A stretch of 64,000 bases of DNA from Seison nebaliae. Its lineage: Eukaryota. Location of the stretch: contig JALJEE010000958.1 in assembly GCA_023231475.1 (NCBI GenBank), forward strand, positions 1 to 64,000. Reading direction: 5' to 3'. The notes beneath the pieces were generated by a model, which saw nothing but the letters and a program-made list of their open reading frames with translations, made no database searches and was not told the DNA's origin. Made by a program: the position numbers and the translations under genes. Below, piece after piece: positions 11,439 through 24,361 of this stretch (position 1 is the stretch's first letter; each line of letters opens with the position of its first letter).

Positions 11439-13464
11439 ATGTTGCGACAATTGAACAAGTTTGTTCCTTTAATTATCTTTCTTATTTTTGGATTGAATAA
11501 TTTAAAAAAAAATATTAATAAAATTTTTCCGGTTGAATGAATAGAAATTTGAGTAGAATACTTATTCGACATCAATCTTCATTGAATAAGATACCGAAGA
11601 ATGAACCGATTTATTCATATTTGGTTGGAAGTGACGAGAGAAATAATTTGAAGAAACAACTCGAAAAATATTCTTGTCAAGTCTCCGAAATTCCCATAGT
11701 GATCGGTGATGAAGAAATTTTCACGAATAATATCCGTCACCAAAAAATGCCGTTTAATCATTCCTCTAATTTAGCGAAGTTTTCTTATGCTGACGAGAAA
11801 TTATTAAAACATGCGATTGATGTGGGAGAAGATGCGAGACATGAATGGGAATTAGTTCCATTAAAAGAGCGCTGTGAAATATTGAGACGTGCTGCTGATC
11901 TCGTTTCGGGAAAGTATCGTCAACAATTGAATGCGGCGACAATGTTGGGTCAAGGGAAAACAGCAATTCAAGCAGAAATAGATGCATCTTGTGAATTAGC
12001 AGATTTCTTTCGATTTAATGCCGATTTCGCTGAGAATGCATCGACTTATATGCCCATTCATACGGAAGAGAGTAAGAACTTTATGGAATTGAGAGGATTG
12101 GAAGGATTTGTTGCTGCCATCTCTCCCTTCAATTTTACAGCTATCGGCGGAAATTTAGCAGCGACGCCAGCAATGATGGGATGTGCAGTCATGTGGAAAC
12201 CGAGCGATACAGCAGTTTTATCGAATTATATCGTTTATCAATTATTGAGAGAGGCTGGTATTCCTTCCGGTGTCATAAATTTCGTTCCATGTAATGGACC
12301 GATTTTTGGGAAAAGTGTCACTCAACATCGACATTTAAGTGCAATCAATTTCACTGGATCTATACCGTTAATAACTTGTTTTTTAATATTTTTTATTTAA
12401 TAATATTTTTCATAAAAATTCAAATTTTATTCAAATAATATTAATTCAAATTCAAATAATAAATACAGAACATTCAAATGGTTATGGCAACAAGTATCTC
12501 AACATCTTGACATTTATGCCAATTTTCCTGTTATGATCGGAGGTCAATAATTTTAAATTTCTATAAAAAATTCTCTAATCATAAATCTGATATTTATTCT
12601 TTTATTTAGAATTGGGAGGAAAGAATTTTCATTATGTCGACAAATCGGTAAAAGATTTGGATAATATTGTTTATGGAACAATTCGATCAGCATTCGAATA
12701 TAGTGGACAGAAATGTTCAGCTTGCTCTCGAATGTATCTACCGGTTTCCATGTGGAATTCATATGTTCGAGATAAAATGATTGAAGTGACGAAATCTCTC
12801 AAAATTGATTCAGTTTAGTTCAAAAAATTTTATTTTACAATGTCATTCGTCATCGTTCTGATTGACAGCCAATTGCTTTCGATACATTCACTTCGGCTGT
12901 TATCGATGAAGCGGCATTTGATCGTATTTCCAATTACGTAGAACATGGAAAGAAGAATTGTAAATTGATTGTAGGAGGAGAATGTAATAAAGAAACTGGT
13001 TATTTCATCAAACCAACAATTATCGAGACAACGGATCCACGAGACAAGATAATGACACAGGTTCTTTTCGTCGTTCAAACAATTCGAAAATTCGCCTATA
13101 GGAAATATTTGGTCCGGTTTTATCTGTTTATCCATATCCTGATAATGCGAGTCATATCGATATAATGAATTTGATTGATACGAGTACAAATTATGCATTA
13201 ACTGGTAGTGTTTATTCGGAAGAGGAAAAAGTGATTGACGATGCGAAGAAGATATTGCGTCATACTGTTGGAAATTTTTATATTAATGATAAGTCAACGG
13301 GTAGTGTCGTTGGACAACAACCATTTGGAGGAGCTCGTTTGTCAGGAACGAATGACAAAGCTGGAGGACCAAATTATCCTTTACGATTCGCTTCTCCCTT
13401 GTCCACCAAACGAACAATAACACCATTAACTACTCATGAATATGGTTATATGGAAGAAGCTTAA
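11439..13464 (+). CDS. ALDH4A1: Mitochondrial delta-1-pyrroline-5-carboxylate dehydrogenase; 6 exons
   Basis: MLGQGKTAIQAEID, AISPFNFTAIGGNL, INFTGS, ELGGKNFH, AFEYSGQKCSACSR, EIFGPV, GQQPFGGARLSGTNDKAG. Introns 11459-11544, 12367-12468, 12543-12609, 12813-12868, 13061-13101. Confidence 0.97.
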
Positions 13465-15179
13465 TTGCCGATTAACAGTGATCTGATTTCTCCAATTGCT
13501 TCGATAGATAAAATGAAAATTTTTGAAAAATTCTTTTTAACATTTAACAATTCCTTCATCTCTTTTATTTCTGCTTTGTTCATGAGGAAGATACATCGGT
13601 CTCTCTTATTCAAATAAACTAAAAAATAGAGTGAAATTATCTAATTCTTCCAATTTGTCGGAAAAAAGATCTGATTTGATGGGTGGGTGTAGTAAGAGGA
13701 AATAGATTGGAAGACTCATTGGAAATATGATTTTTTGAGGAATTTATTTAATGAATATTAGATGATGATTTTGTGTATTTAGCAATTTTATTGTCATCGG
13801 AAGTCAATAGACGATTCGACAAGTGGGAGTTCTTCTTACGAAATCGATCAAACAAAATTTTTGGATACGAAAATCATTTTTCTTCTTATCAGTGAATGTA
13901 ATTCGAAGGATAAATAGTTCTGAATAATTTAATATGAATAATAAGAGTATTCTTTCTTGAAACATTTCCGTCTATGATATGGTTGGGAGATTAATGGAGA
14001 ACGTGGGAAACAGAATAGATCGGAAATATTTAGTAGTTCGATTAGCAGATTAGCGACATAAAACTCTAATATTAATGATGATAAGGTGAATATTTATTCA
14101 AATGATTAGGAAATAATGATTCATAGTATATGGTGATGGAAAGAAAGAAATAAAGATGAATTAATCTTTCTGTTGATGAATATTCGTTACCTTATTATTC
14201 TGAGAAATAATAATTGGAAGAATGTAGAAAATTTTAAGAAATGAGATTTCCTATAAGTACCATTTCCATATCAGAGTTGGGAAAGGAAATGATCAAATGA
14301 ACAAAAAAAAAGTATTTATTAGTGGAACGAAACTTCTAATTTATTTATTTGCTATTTGCATTCTTTCGTATTGTCACCTCTGATTTCTACTTTTTCCAAA
14401 TATTGTTCATTCCTGGTAAGATATACCTCCGATGGAATTCCTTTTCGTCCTTTAAGTAGAATTCCATTCTCTAATTTTTATATAAGTTTCTTTTTCTGAA
14501 ATTACAATATTCTGCTCCAGAAATACTCTAGAAACTGTTATGTCTTCCGATTTCTTTCCTAATTCTTTTCCTCAATCTTCTTCTCATCATCATGTCGATG
14601 ATGATTAGTAAGATGATTCCATACTGCGAGTAGGATGGTGATGAAAATAATAATGTGGATGATGGAATTTCCAAAGTATATTTGATGGCAGATTAAGAAA
14701 TGAAGTCTTTGGGAAAGCATAACAAATTTAATTTCCTTTCTCCTCATCACATTCCATTTCCATTTGAACTTAATCGTTTCCACGTTTCATTGACTATTGC
14801 CAATTACTTTTGTCATTTTTAATCGTTAACTTACACGAATATAATTCGTCTCGAATGTATTGCGAAAACGACGAGGAGGCAGAAAAGAAGAAGGTTCAAT
14901 TTATTTGACATCCAAAAATTTTCATCAAGAATCGTATTACTCTTGTTCGGAATATTATGATTATATTCATTCGCTTTCATTTCTTTTCTGATAACTGACG
15001 AACGAAATTGTTTTTTTCAATCAATCATCAATTATATTCTTCTCCACGACGAATGTCTTTGTTATTGAAAAACATCCATAATTTTTTTCTATAATTCTCT
15101 TCCCGTCTATATTATTTTATGCGAAAATTCTTCCCTGATCAGATTTCATTCGAGCACTACCACGAATCGATAAACTAGA

Positions 15180-15564
15180 ATGTTCCGAATTACTACCATC
15201 TTCTTTATCATTGCTTCGATCTCATGTCTAAGTTAGTTCTATTTCATTCAAATCTTATTAATTGGCTTGTGAAAAAACATTTGAAGATCTCCCGGAGAAA
15301 CGACAATTTTCACGAGCATTATGGGTTGGCAAACGAATGGGACCGATTGTAAAGAGATCATTCTCTAATCCGGGCATGTGGGTGGGTAAACGTGAGTCGA
15401 TAAGACCGTATGTACCGTCGGTCGATCATACTGCATTTCCCGCACTTTTAAAAATTATGAGAGATGAAGCCGAACAATTATTACGACAGAAAGAACTACC
15501 AGAAGTGAAAGATTTCCGACGAACTCTACAGAATGTGTGGGACAGTTATGCGGCAGAAGGTTAA
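15180..15564 (+). CDS. Neuropeptide precursor (two WV-amide peptides); 2 exons (intron 15232-15286)
   Basis: Spliced MFRITTIFFIIASISCLNLPE-KR-QFSRALWVG-KR-MGPIV-KR-SFSNPGMWVG-KR: signal peptide, dibasic sites, amidation Gly. Confidence 0.85.
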
Positions 15565-16910
15565 CATTTTAGATACTCTTTTATTTACTGAGAGAAAAGA
15601 AGAACAAAATGTTAGTTAGTTCGACTTTTAGTTAATTCTCCCTGAGATGTTAGTTGGAATGTTTCTGATAATAATGTTGATTATGTTTACGATGAATTGA
15701 CGGTGGATGATGTTGATCTCTCTCTCTCTCTCATTTATTATCTAGGCGGGAACTTATCAAGAATGTTAAATCGTCATTACGAATTTTACGAATGTTACTT
15801 TATGTTGAAGAATTGTCTACCAGATGATCCGATTTTTGTGTAATCGCAATAATTGAGGATGATATAGATGACAATGAACTCTCTGGGAATAAATAAATTT
15901 GATCCATCGAAATGCGAAAGAAATATTTTGTTTTTATTTATTTTCATCTAAACCAGTATTTATCGATATTCTTCTTTTAACACAATATATTTTATTCTTC
16001 CCCCAAAACTCTTCTCCCTTTCAATTTCTCTCTCTAATTCGTGATTTGTTTAGTAAAGGAAGATTGAACTAAATAAAAGAAAGGAACGTCATTTTTTATT
16101 AGTTGCGGTTGAATGACGGTCTCCGATTTCATGTCAACACTTAACACAAGATCATTCCCATTATTTTTATTCTAATTAATATAAACTTATATATTTGTTC
16201 TTTTGATATGTTAAAATTAAGAATTTGGAAGAATTAATTCTCTTTCAATTAACAGCTAATTCACCATCAATTCTCTCTCATCCTCTACTCAACATGTGTA
16301 CTATAATAATATTCATACACACTTCACTTACTTGTTTGATTGAATTAATCAGTCATTGAGCTCTCTACACATGTACGAGAAGAGATATGCAGATGAAGTT
16401 GTTGAAGTCAGCTGCGGGTACATGTCTTTTTAGAAGTGAAGTGCACACATCATGTCAAAATAGGAACGAGGACATGAGAGATGTTGCAAATATTATCTTT
16501 TTTTAGTCAACATTTCTCTCCTTAAATTTATGAGTTAATTTTGGTAATTGTCGACGGGGAGAATGTTTAATGATTTCTAACCACAACATTGGTTGAAGTT
16601 GAAGGGGGAACAGAATAGAGAAACATAAAGACATGTTATTGCCATGTATTAATTCTGTATCAGCGTGAAATCAATTCTCACATTATCATTGCGGTATTTA
16701 TTGTTTCATTTCCTCCATTTCACATCGATTAGGGATACCATACCGTATCAGATTCACACCATCTTGCGAACTATCGAACAATTTAAGAATCATCTTCTCC
16801 TCCATAAATAGCGCAAAGAAATCTACATTTCTATTTATTCCATAATTATTTTTAGTTTCATTCTTATCGTTCGAATTTTATTTCCTAATATTTCATCGAA
16901 TCATTCGAGA

Positions 16911-19109
16911 ATGATTGCCGATATGGAGGAAAATAAAATTGACAATTTTCAGATGGATCCATCAGATTCCGTCGAACAAAGAGAGGAAAAGGATTTTGAA
17001 GAAACTAGTAACTGTGAAACGAAACGAATGCCAAATGTCATTAATTCGACAAAAGAATTGTTAGAAGTTGACAATATGATGGAAATGAACCAGAATCATA
17101 CAGACGACAGTGACGTAGATAGTGAAGATCATAACGGATATGTTTCAGATTTGAAAGAATCGAAAAGTGTTTCGTCAGTTGAACGTGAAGATTCAGAAGC
17201 GTCTGATCCAATTATTGAAAAGTCTTTATCGCCAAATAGCGAAGATGAACCAGTACGAAGTTTAAGAGATTATTGGCGTCAGAAGGAGAAGGTGATGTTG
17301 AAAGAGAAAGAATCAGAGAAAGAGACAAGAAAGAAATTTAAGAATGATTTTAAGTTTCAAGTAAATTTGGAGAAATCGTTCGAAAAGAATTGTATCGTCA
17401 ATCATCGAAAGAAGTCGTTAGAGAAGAAAATCGAAACGGATAATTTTCCAATGTATCAATATCGTTCGTCGAATAATCGACGATTAGACAACAATGGTAA
17501 TACTCATAAGAAGAATGGAGTAAAAGCATCAGAAATCTTATTTGGGATTTGTTCAACAGCCGGTCGATATTTAACATGCGAACGATTCGGTAATCGGGTC
17601 TCAATTGACGGTCTCCATTTGAAGAATAAGCAACAATGGAAATTGAAATTTATAAAACAACCAAACCATCAACAACAACAACAATGTGTAGCAATAATAA
17701 ATGCTCAGAATTTTTATTTGGCAGTGAATAGATATGATGAATGTGAAACGGTTTGTTATGAGAAGAATGAAGAAATTCAAACACATTCTCTATTTTTTAT
17801 ACAAATTCAACCGTCAGGAAAATATGTTTTTGAGAATGTTTCAACCAAAATGTATCTGTCATGTCCAAATAATATGAATAATGATAGTAATGTTAAATGT
17901 ACAATGAATAAATATGAATGGATAGTACAATTGGCGATCCATCCATTAGTGACGTTATGTCAAACGAAACGACAAACATATGCCATATTGAATGAGAAGA
18001 AAAAACATTTGGAATGTAATTCGAATATCGGTTGGGGAATTCGATCATTACTCCATTTAGAACATACATCGGAAGGATGTACATTTCGTACTTTCGACAA
18101 TAAATATCTGGTGAATGATGGCACGTTAACAATGGATATGAAATCTCTAACCAACGATCAATCAATCTATTTCAAATTACACATTTTCGAAAACAGTTTT
18201 GCTTTCCAAGATAGGCGAATGCGATTTCTTTGTTCATCTGGTCCCCGAGGAATTTTGGCAGCTCGAGCGAAAACTTGTACAAAAGAAGAATTATTCTCAT
18301 TAGAAATCAATAATCCCATTGTTACATTGACATCGTTACATAATGAGAAGTTTGTCTCGATGAAACAAGGCCGTCAATTGATCGCCAATCAATCGTCAAA
18401 TGAGGCGAGTGAACAATTCCAGTTGGAATATTCGTCGAAGCACAGTGCCTTCCTTATTCGCAGTTGCAGTGGTGAATTTTGGCACATTGATAATAATGAT
18501 AATGTTTTATTGGACGATACGAAACATTCGAATTTCCTCTTGAAATATATGGAAGATTCGGGTATCGTACGATTACAATCGATTAATGATTCGGATGAGA
18601 AGGTAATTAGTGTTCAATCGAATGGATATTTGAGAAGGCTAGATCGATATACTTCTCATCAATCATTATTCAAAATGAATATTATCAATCGACCATATAC
18701 TATTCTTAAAACGATACATGGCTTTATCGGTGCAGGTGTGAAGAGATCTCAATTGGAATGTAATCGAGTTATTGGAACAACATATCATATAGAATATATT
18801 GATGAATCGAAAAACTTTAATATAAGAGGTTGGGATTATTTTTATATATATTATTAAATTTTTGAAATTTAAATTTTTATAATTATTATAGATAACGAAA
18901 ATAATTATTGGTGTTATAGTGAGAAGAGTAACCAACTCTATTTATCGGATACAGAAAAGAAACAATCATTCTCTATAAATATATGTAATCATGAAGGTTT
19001 CTTTGTAAGATTGATAATGAATGAGAATGGGAAGTATGTGCGTGGAGAGAAGAATGGTTCCCTAACAACGACCACAAACATTGAACAAGCATTAATTCTC
19101 GAAATTTGA
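16911..19109 (+). CDS. FSCN: Fascin-like actin-bundling protein with a long acidic N-terminal extension; 2 exons (intron 18829-18891)
   Basis: FGICSTAGRYLTCERFG, WIVQLAIHPLV, KFVSMKQG..LIANQ, EQFQLE, INRPYTILKTIHGFIG, GKYVRGEKNG. Confidence 0.9.
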
Positions 19110-19216
19110 TTCTCCCAATTTAATTTTTAACTTTTCAATCATTTTTAATTCGACCATTTCATGAAATTGATAATTTTTCTCTATTTTTATTAAACGAATA
19201 AATAAATTACTTATTA

Positions 19217-22200
19217 TTACATATTATTATTTGTCAGTAGTGGAGTTTTAGTCATAGAAATGTTGTCTTCGATATCTGTCAGATCTTCACCAACAAACAT
19301 TAATTCACTAGAAAAAGAGAAAATAAGAAAACCGTCAGGTCTGTTATCAGATTTCGGTTTCATTGTGATTGACGTGATAGATCGATTTAACGTGAGATTT
19401 TGAGATTCAGTATTCTTATTTGCTGAGTTTGGTCTCATATTTAATGGGGGAATATTAGATATAGTTTCACTTGCTGAAAACAAATTAAAAAATTAAAAAA
19501 TTATTATTTTCTAATAAAATTTTAAATTTTTATTAACTTTTTAATCTGATTTTAGAATTATGTTTCCTGTGCATTTTTGGACTTATTGGAATTTTCACGA
19601 TGGAATCTCTTCCTCCATTCATCAGTGGCAATTGTCCTTTATACAAGTGGCCATCAGTACCGGTAATATCCATTCGATTCCTGTAAAAAATAAATCCAAA
19701 TTATTATCATTATTTAATAGTATTCTCGTCATAAAAAGAAAAGTGCAGAAGCGAAATTAAAGTTAATCCAATCATTATCATTTCAAGTATTCTAATTGTT
19801 TCCCCTTTTTTTTTACCTTTTTTTATGTAAATAATAAGTGATGATATGACTGATTGATCTTCTGGTATTTGGTCTGTTTCTATAGAACGAAGATGAGAAT
19901 GTCACTAACTTATCATTTGTTTCAGAATCCAATGCTTGTCGAATCACTTTTCGATGAGGATATGATGTTGCCGTATGTGTACCACCAACTTGACGATTAA
20001 TTGAATGATAATTCGAGAAATCTTTCAATCCGCTCAAAGCTTGTGCTTGTATGTATGCTTTGGATGGAGGATAGATATTTTGTGCTTGTAATTTTTGGAA
20101 TTGTCGTAGTTGATCCATTTCATAAATGGAGACTGCTCGATTCGGACCTGTCATCGCCTTTAATGCTTTCTCCAAAGGAGCAACTGGTGTCGGATGTAAT
20201 GATGAATTCACATCTATAGGTCTATCACAAGAGAGACAGTTATATCGAAAAACTGGTCGTCGTAATCCAGCAGCGTCATCTTCCACCGGAACATAAGTGT
20301 GTTGATGTGGTTGTACGGGTTGTTCGACATTCAAATTCTTCAAAAGTCGTTTCATCTTTTTCAATTGTTTCTCCAACTCCTTCTTGAACTCTTCAATTTC
20401 ATCCTTCTCGATTTTTAAATTTAATTCTTCGTTTGTCTTCTTTTGATTTTCGTTCATTAAATTGTCCTAAATTTATATTAATTATCAATCGGATATTTTC
20501 AAAAAATAATTAAACGATATCAGATAATTGTCTTTTCAAATTGTCAATTTGTCGAGAGAGCGCCGCAGTAATATCGTCCACTGTTGGAGTTGATTTTCCG
20601 GATTTTTTACGAATTTCTGAACGATCTGCCTTCTCCTCTTGTAGTTGTCGACATAATGCTTGCAATTGCTGAATTCGATAAAAAAAATTGAAGAATTTAT
20701 TAGGAACATGAAATGTGTAACTTGAAGCAACTTTTCATTCGTTTCGAAATCTTTTTGTAAATTTAAGATATCTTCAAATGAAATATCAGTTTGATTGTTG
20801 TTGTTATTATTATTATCATTGTCATTATCATTGTTTCTTTCATTAGACATATTTGCAATTTTATTTTGTGAATTCGCTAATTGTTGACGTAACTGTAAAG
20901 GAAAATGTTTTAAATATAATTGATGGAATGAAGAAATATGTAATTGGGAAACATTTTTCAATAATTTTTTTAATTCACTCAATTCCTTTTCATTGTTCCC
21001 GAATTTATTTTTAAGATTTTTCAGTTCGTCTGCCAATCCTGGATATAAATCGTTAAGTCTTCTCATATATTCTTCAACTTCTTTCCTAAAATTCTCGTCG
21101 GTGTCACTTCTCTCAATTTTGGTTTTAATAATTGGTTCAGTTTGATGATTATCATCTGTTTTTGATTGACTAGCGGTTAGATTAGATTGTATTAAATCAT
21201 TAATTGATTGCTGCAACGATCTTAATTGATCATCTGCGGTTGCTAATTGTTGAAATATATTATTCATTTTACTCAGAGCATCGTCTAATGATTTCGAACA
21301 TTTATCAATATCTTTAGACATTAACTTTGTTTTACTATCTGTTTAATTAAATAAAATTCATGAGATTAATAAATAAAGGGGAACCATCAACTGACGATTT
21401 TCGTGGTTGATTACCATGTTTAATATCTTGAACTTTTTCGGCAGTTTCTTCTTTGAAATTTAATTTTTCTTCTTCCGAATTCTTGTTAACTCGATCATCT
21501 AAATTCTTCAAATTTTCTTTCAACATTTCAAATAATTTCTTCAAATCATCAATTTGTTCCTGCAATTGTTCTTTGTCCTTCTCATTCAATTTTTCCTTCA
21601 TTTCCTTCTCCGTTGTTTCTATTCGTTTTCGTAATTCATCAATCTCATTTTGTAAAGCTTGGATCATATTTGTTAAGCCGTCAAACTCCTTTCTATCCAA
21701 TTTCTCCTTTAACTCCTCATCAATCTTCTTCAATCTTTCATCATAATCTGAAAATTTATTTGATAAATTTTTCATATTCTCTTTCATTTCATCCAACACA
21801 TCGTTAGAAGTTTGTTCTTTCTCTAAATCGGATAATTTGTTTTGTAATTTTGATTGTGCATTTTCCAATTCTTTCATTTCTTGTAATAATTTCTCCAACA
21901 ATTCAGTTAGTCGTGTAATTCCACTTTCGTTTGCTTCAACTCGTTTATTTAATTGGATTGAATTCCATGCATAGACGACAGCAGAATTTTCTCGGTTATC
22001 TTCTGATTCTGGATCCGTTTTACTAGAATTACTTCCTTTCATATATTTGGATAGAATTTCATTATTCCCCAAATCTTTCACACTTTCCAATTGCGATTCC
22101 AATCGATATAATTGTTCTTTAATTTTATTCATATCGTTATCTCGTTTTCTTTCTATTACTTGTAAATTATCTAATTTATTTTCTGCGTTTGACATCCGCT

Positions 22201-22459
22201 CTTGATTATTATCCTGATTATTCAAGTTTAATTGAGATCTCGGTGAGTGACAGGTTGCTTCGGAATTAGAAGTAATTTGTTCGACCTTCTCACCATCCAC
22301 TTTATGATTATTTGCATTGCTGACATTTAACATTTCACCTAATAACAATTTGAGAACATCAAAATTAACAATAGATGAATTGATGCTCATATCCAATAGA
22401 TTGGGTAATGTTATCTCTCCATTCCTTAATTGATGATCGATTGCAGTAACTGATGTCAT
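19217..22459 (-). CDS. QRICH2: QRICH2/C16orf96-like (DUF4795) coiled-coil flagellar protein, multi-exon
   Basis: N-terminal VNFDVLKLLL, long coiled coil, DDAAGLRRP..YNCLSCDRP, RQVGGTHT, DITGTDGHLYKG. Confidence 0.8.
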
Positions 22460-22566
22460 TTTATTGGAGATAAAATATTTTAAATAGAAATTTAATGTTC
22501 TTACTACAAAATATCAAAGATAAAAGAATGAATCCGTTAAACAAATTTCCCACTTCTTACTTTACT

Positions 22567-22598
22567 GTAAACAAAACAAACGTTGTTGCCATGACAAC
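22567..22598. promoter_or_regulatory. Forkhead site (GTAAACAAA) plus RFX X-box (GTTGCCATGACAAC, 22585-22598) upstream of the QRICH2-like gene
   Basis: Near-perfect palindromic X-box ~125 nt from the ATG at 22459, with an adjacent RYAAAYA motif. Confidence 0.75.
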
Positions 22599-23302
22599 AG
22601 CCTTGATGTACTAAATGTTTCGATAGCCATAAATAACGAAACCAGACAGAGATTTCATCGAAAAAACCTACTTTATTCTAATTGTTTTTCTTAACTCCTT
22701 AACTTTCTTATTATAATCCAGTATATGCCTACTTTTCTACCATATGCTTTCTCTCATATAAAATTATTATTATTAGAAGAAAGTGTTAATTGTCGACAAT
22801 AATCAAACAATTAGTCAACAAGCATTTAGTTTCAAGAACAATCCTAATTTAAAAACAAATCGTTTTTCTCCTTTTCCTCATCATCTGAATCTCACGTCAA
22901 GCTCGTCGTAGACGAAGCAAATGGACTAGCACATGATTGTTAATAGGAAACTCAAAAATGTTAAATTGGTATTAAATTGAGTGAGAATTTTTATAAAAAT
23001 GTTCTTGACAAATGTCAAAATTACTTGCAAGGTGTCGAATGTTGTGATATTGTAGTTAATTTGATAATTTGTTACAATTAGAAGTAAAGTACTATCGTCT
23101 CCGAATATTTGATGTGACAATGGAATTTTGATTATTAATATTTTTTAATCTTTAAGTTCTAATAATTCTAACATTGTAAGTTAAGTGTAACCGACGACTA
23201 TTCAAGAGAATTATTAAATTTATTAAAAGTTCATTATTATTCTAAATAAATATTATGATCATTCCAAATTTAAACAATTAAGAATATTTATAATTCTTCC
23301 TA

Positions 23303-23603
23303 ATGACTGAACGATTGGCAAATAATTCGATAGGTTAAATCTCATGCATTCTCCACATATTCCTCTTTATTCAAATTTCCCCAATTATTAGAATCAACGT
23401 TGAAGAATACGCTATTCTTTACTAAGCTTTGTACAGGATTCTTAATCGTAATTTTCCTCATATTACTATGGCTTTTAATACAGCAAATTACCAAAGGCAA
23501 AAGTCAATTTATTCCAATGGCTAAATTATTCTGCGAAATTGGAGAAAATCGTTGTCGCTTAAGATTATTATATAATTTACATAATCATTTACATGAAGAA
23601 TAA
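23303..23603 (+). CDS. Small single-pass membrane protein (~80 aa), orphan; 2 exons (intron 23334-23391)
   Basis: MTERLANNSI joins in frame across a 58-nt GTT..TAG intron to ESTLKNTLFFTKLCTGFLIVIFLILLWLLI. Confidence 0.5.
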
Positions 23604-23771
23604 CTGTACTTAATTTTTCAATTTATCTAATTTATTTTAAAAGAAAAATTAAATGAAATTCTTTCAACTCCTTTTTTTGAATATCAGCCAAACTTTCAAA
23701 ACATTTTTTTAAGAATTTTGAAACAATTTAAAGTTTTCGAGCAGAACTCTAATTCCCATAACAACCGTAAC

Positions 23772-23785
23772 GTTTCCATGAGAAC
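23772..23785 (+). promoter_or_regulatory. RFX X-box upstream of TMEM216
   Basis: GTTTCCATGAGAAC just before the ATG; a second partial site (TTCCCATAACAAC) lies immediately upstream. Confidence 0.65.
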
Positions 23786-23794
23786 ATATAGATT

Positions 23795-24241
23795 ATGAAG
23801 AAATCTTCTCAATCAGTTCCAAGAGAATATCTGGTGGTAAAATCATCAACCTTTCTCCAAATTCTATTAATTCTAAATCAATGGTACTTCTTTGGCATTT
23901 ATCTTATTGGAGAATTACTTATCTTTATTTTTAAACATGAAACTCTTCCATATACATCTTCTGTCTTCGAACTAGAAATCTTGCTACTCATCGTTTTAGC
24001 AATTATTGAAGCAGTTCGACTACATTTCGGAAAGAAAGGCAATTTGACTGAACGTCAATGGGAAACAATAATTTGCTTAATTTTGTCCGTTGTCAATGTT
24101 GCAATAACGATCTATTTCCTTTTATTACAATCATACGTGTTACGGTTAGAAACGATCATCAACGCTATTCAAATAACTTTTATTGTTGTGGAAATAATAT
24201 TCTGCATCATTGCTATTATTGCATTCAGAACAATTCTTTAA
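23795..24241 (+). CDS. TMEM216: Ciliary transition-zone protein, TMEM216/TMEM80/TMEM17 family
   Basis: SSTFLQILLILNQWY, LPY, EAVRLHFGKKGNLTER, LLQSYVLRLETIIN; 4 TM helices. Confidence 0.85.
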   Translation: MKKSSQSVPREYLVVKSSTFLQILLILNQWYFFGIYLIGELLIFIFKHETLPYTSSVFELEILLLIVLAIIEAVRLHFGKKGNLTERQWETIICLILSVVNVAITIYFLLLQSYVLRLETIINAIQITFIVVEIIFCIIAIIAFRTIL

Positions 24242-24361
24242 TAGACAAATAAAATTTTTTTAGTTCCGATATTTTTGTGCGCCGAATATTTTCCAGCCAT
24301 CATCATACATTAAATTTCCTTCCTAATTATTAAAAGTTAACATAAAGTCACATCAGCCATT

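Noticed and set aside
7449..13464. Fragmented ORFs suggesting stop-codon reassignment or frameshifting
   Set aside because: All breaks are explained by short GT-AG introns, and TAA and TGA terminate genes normally
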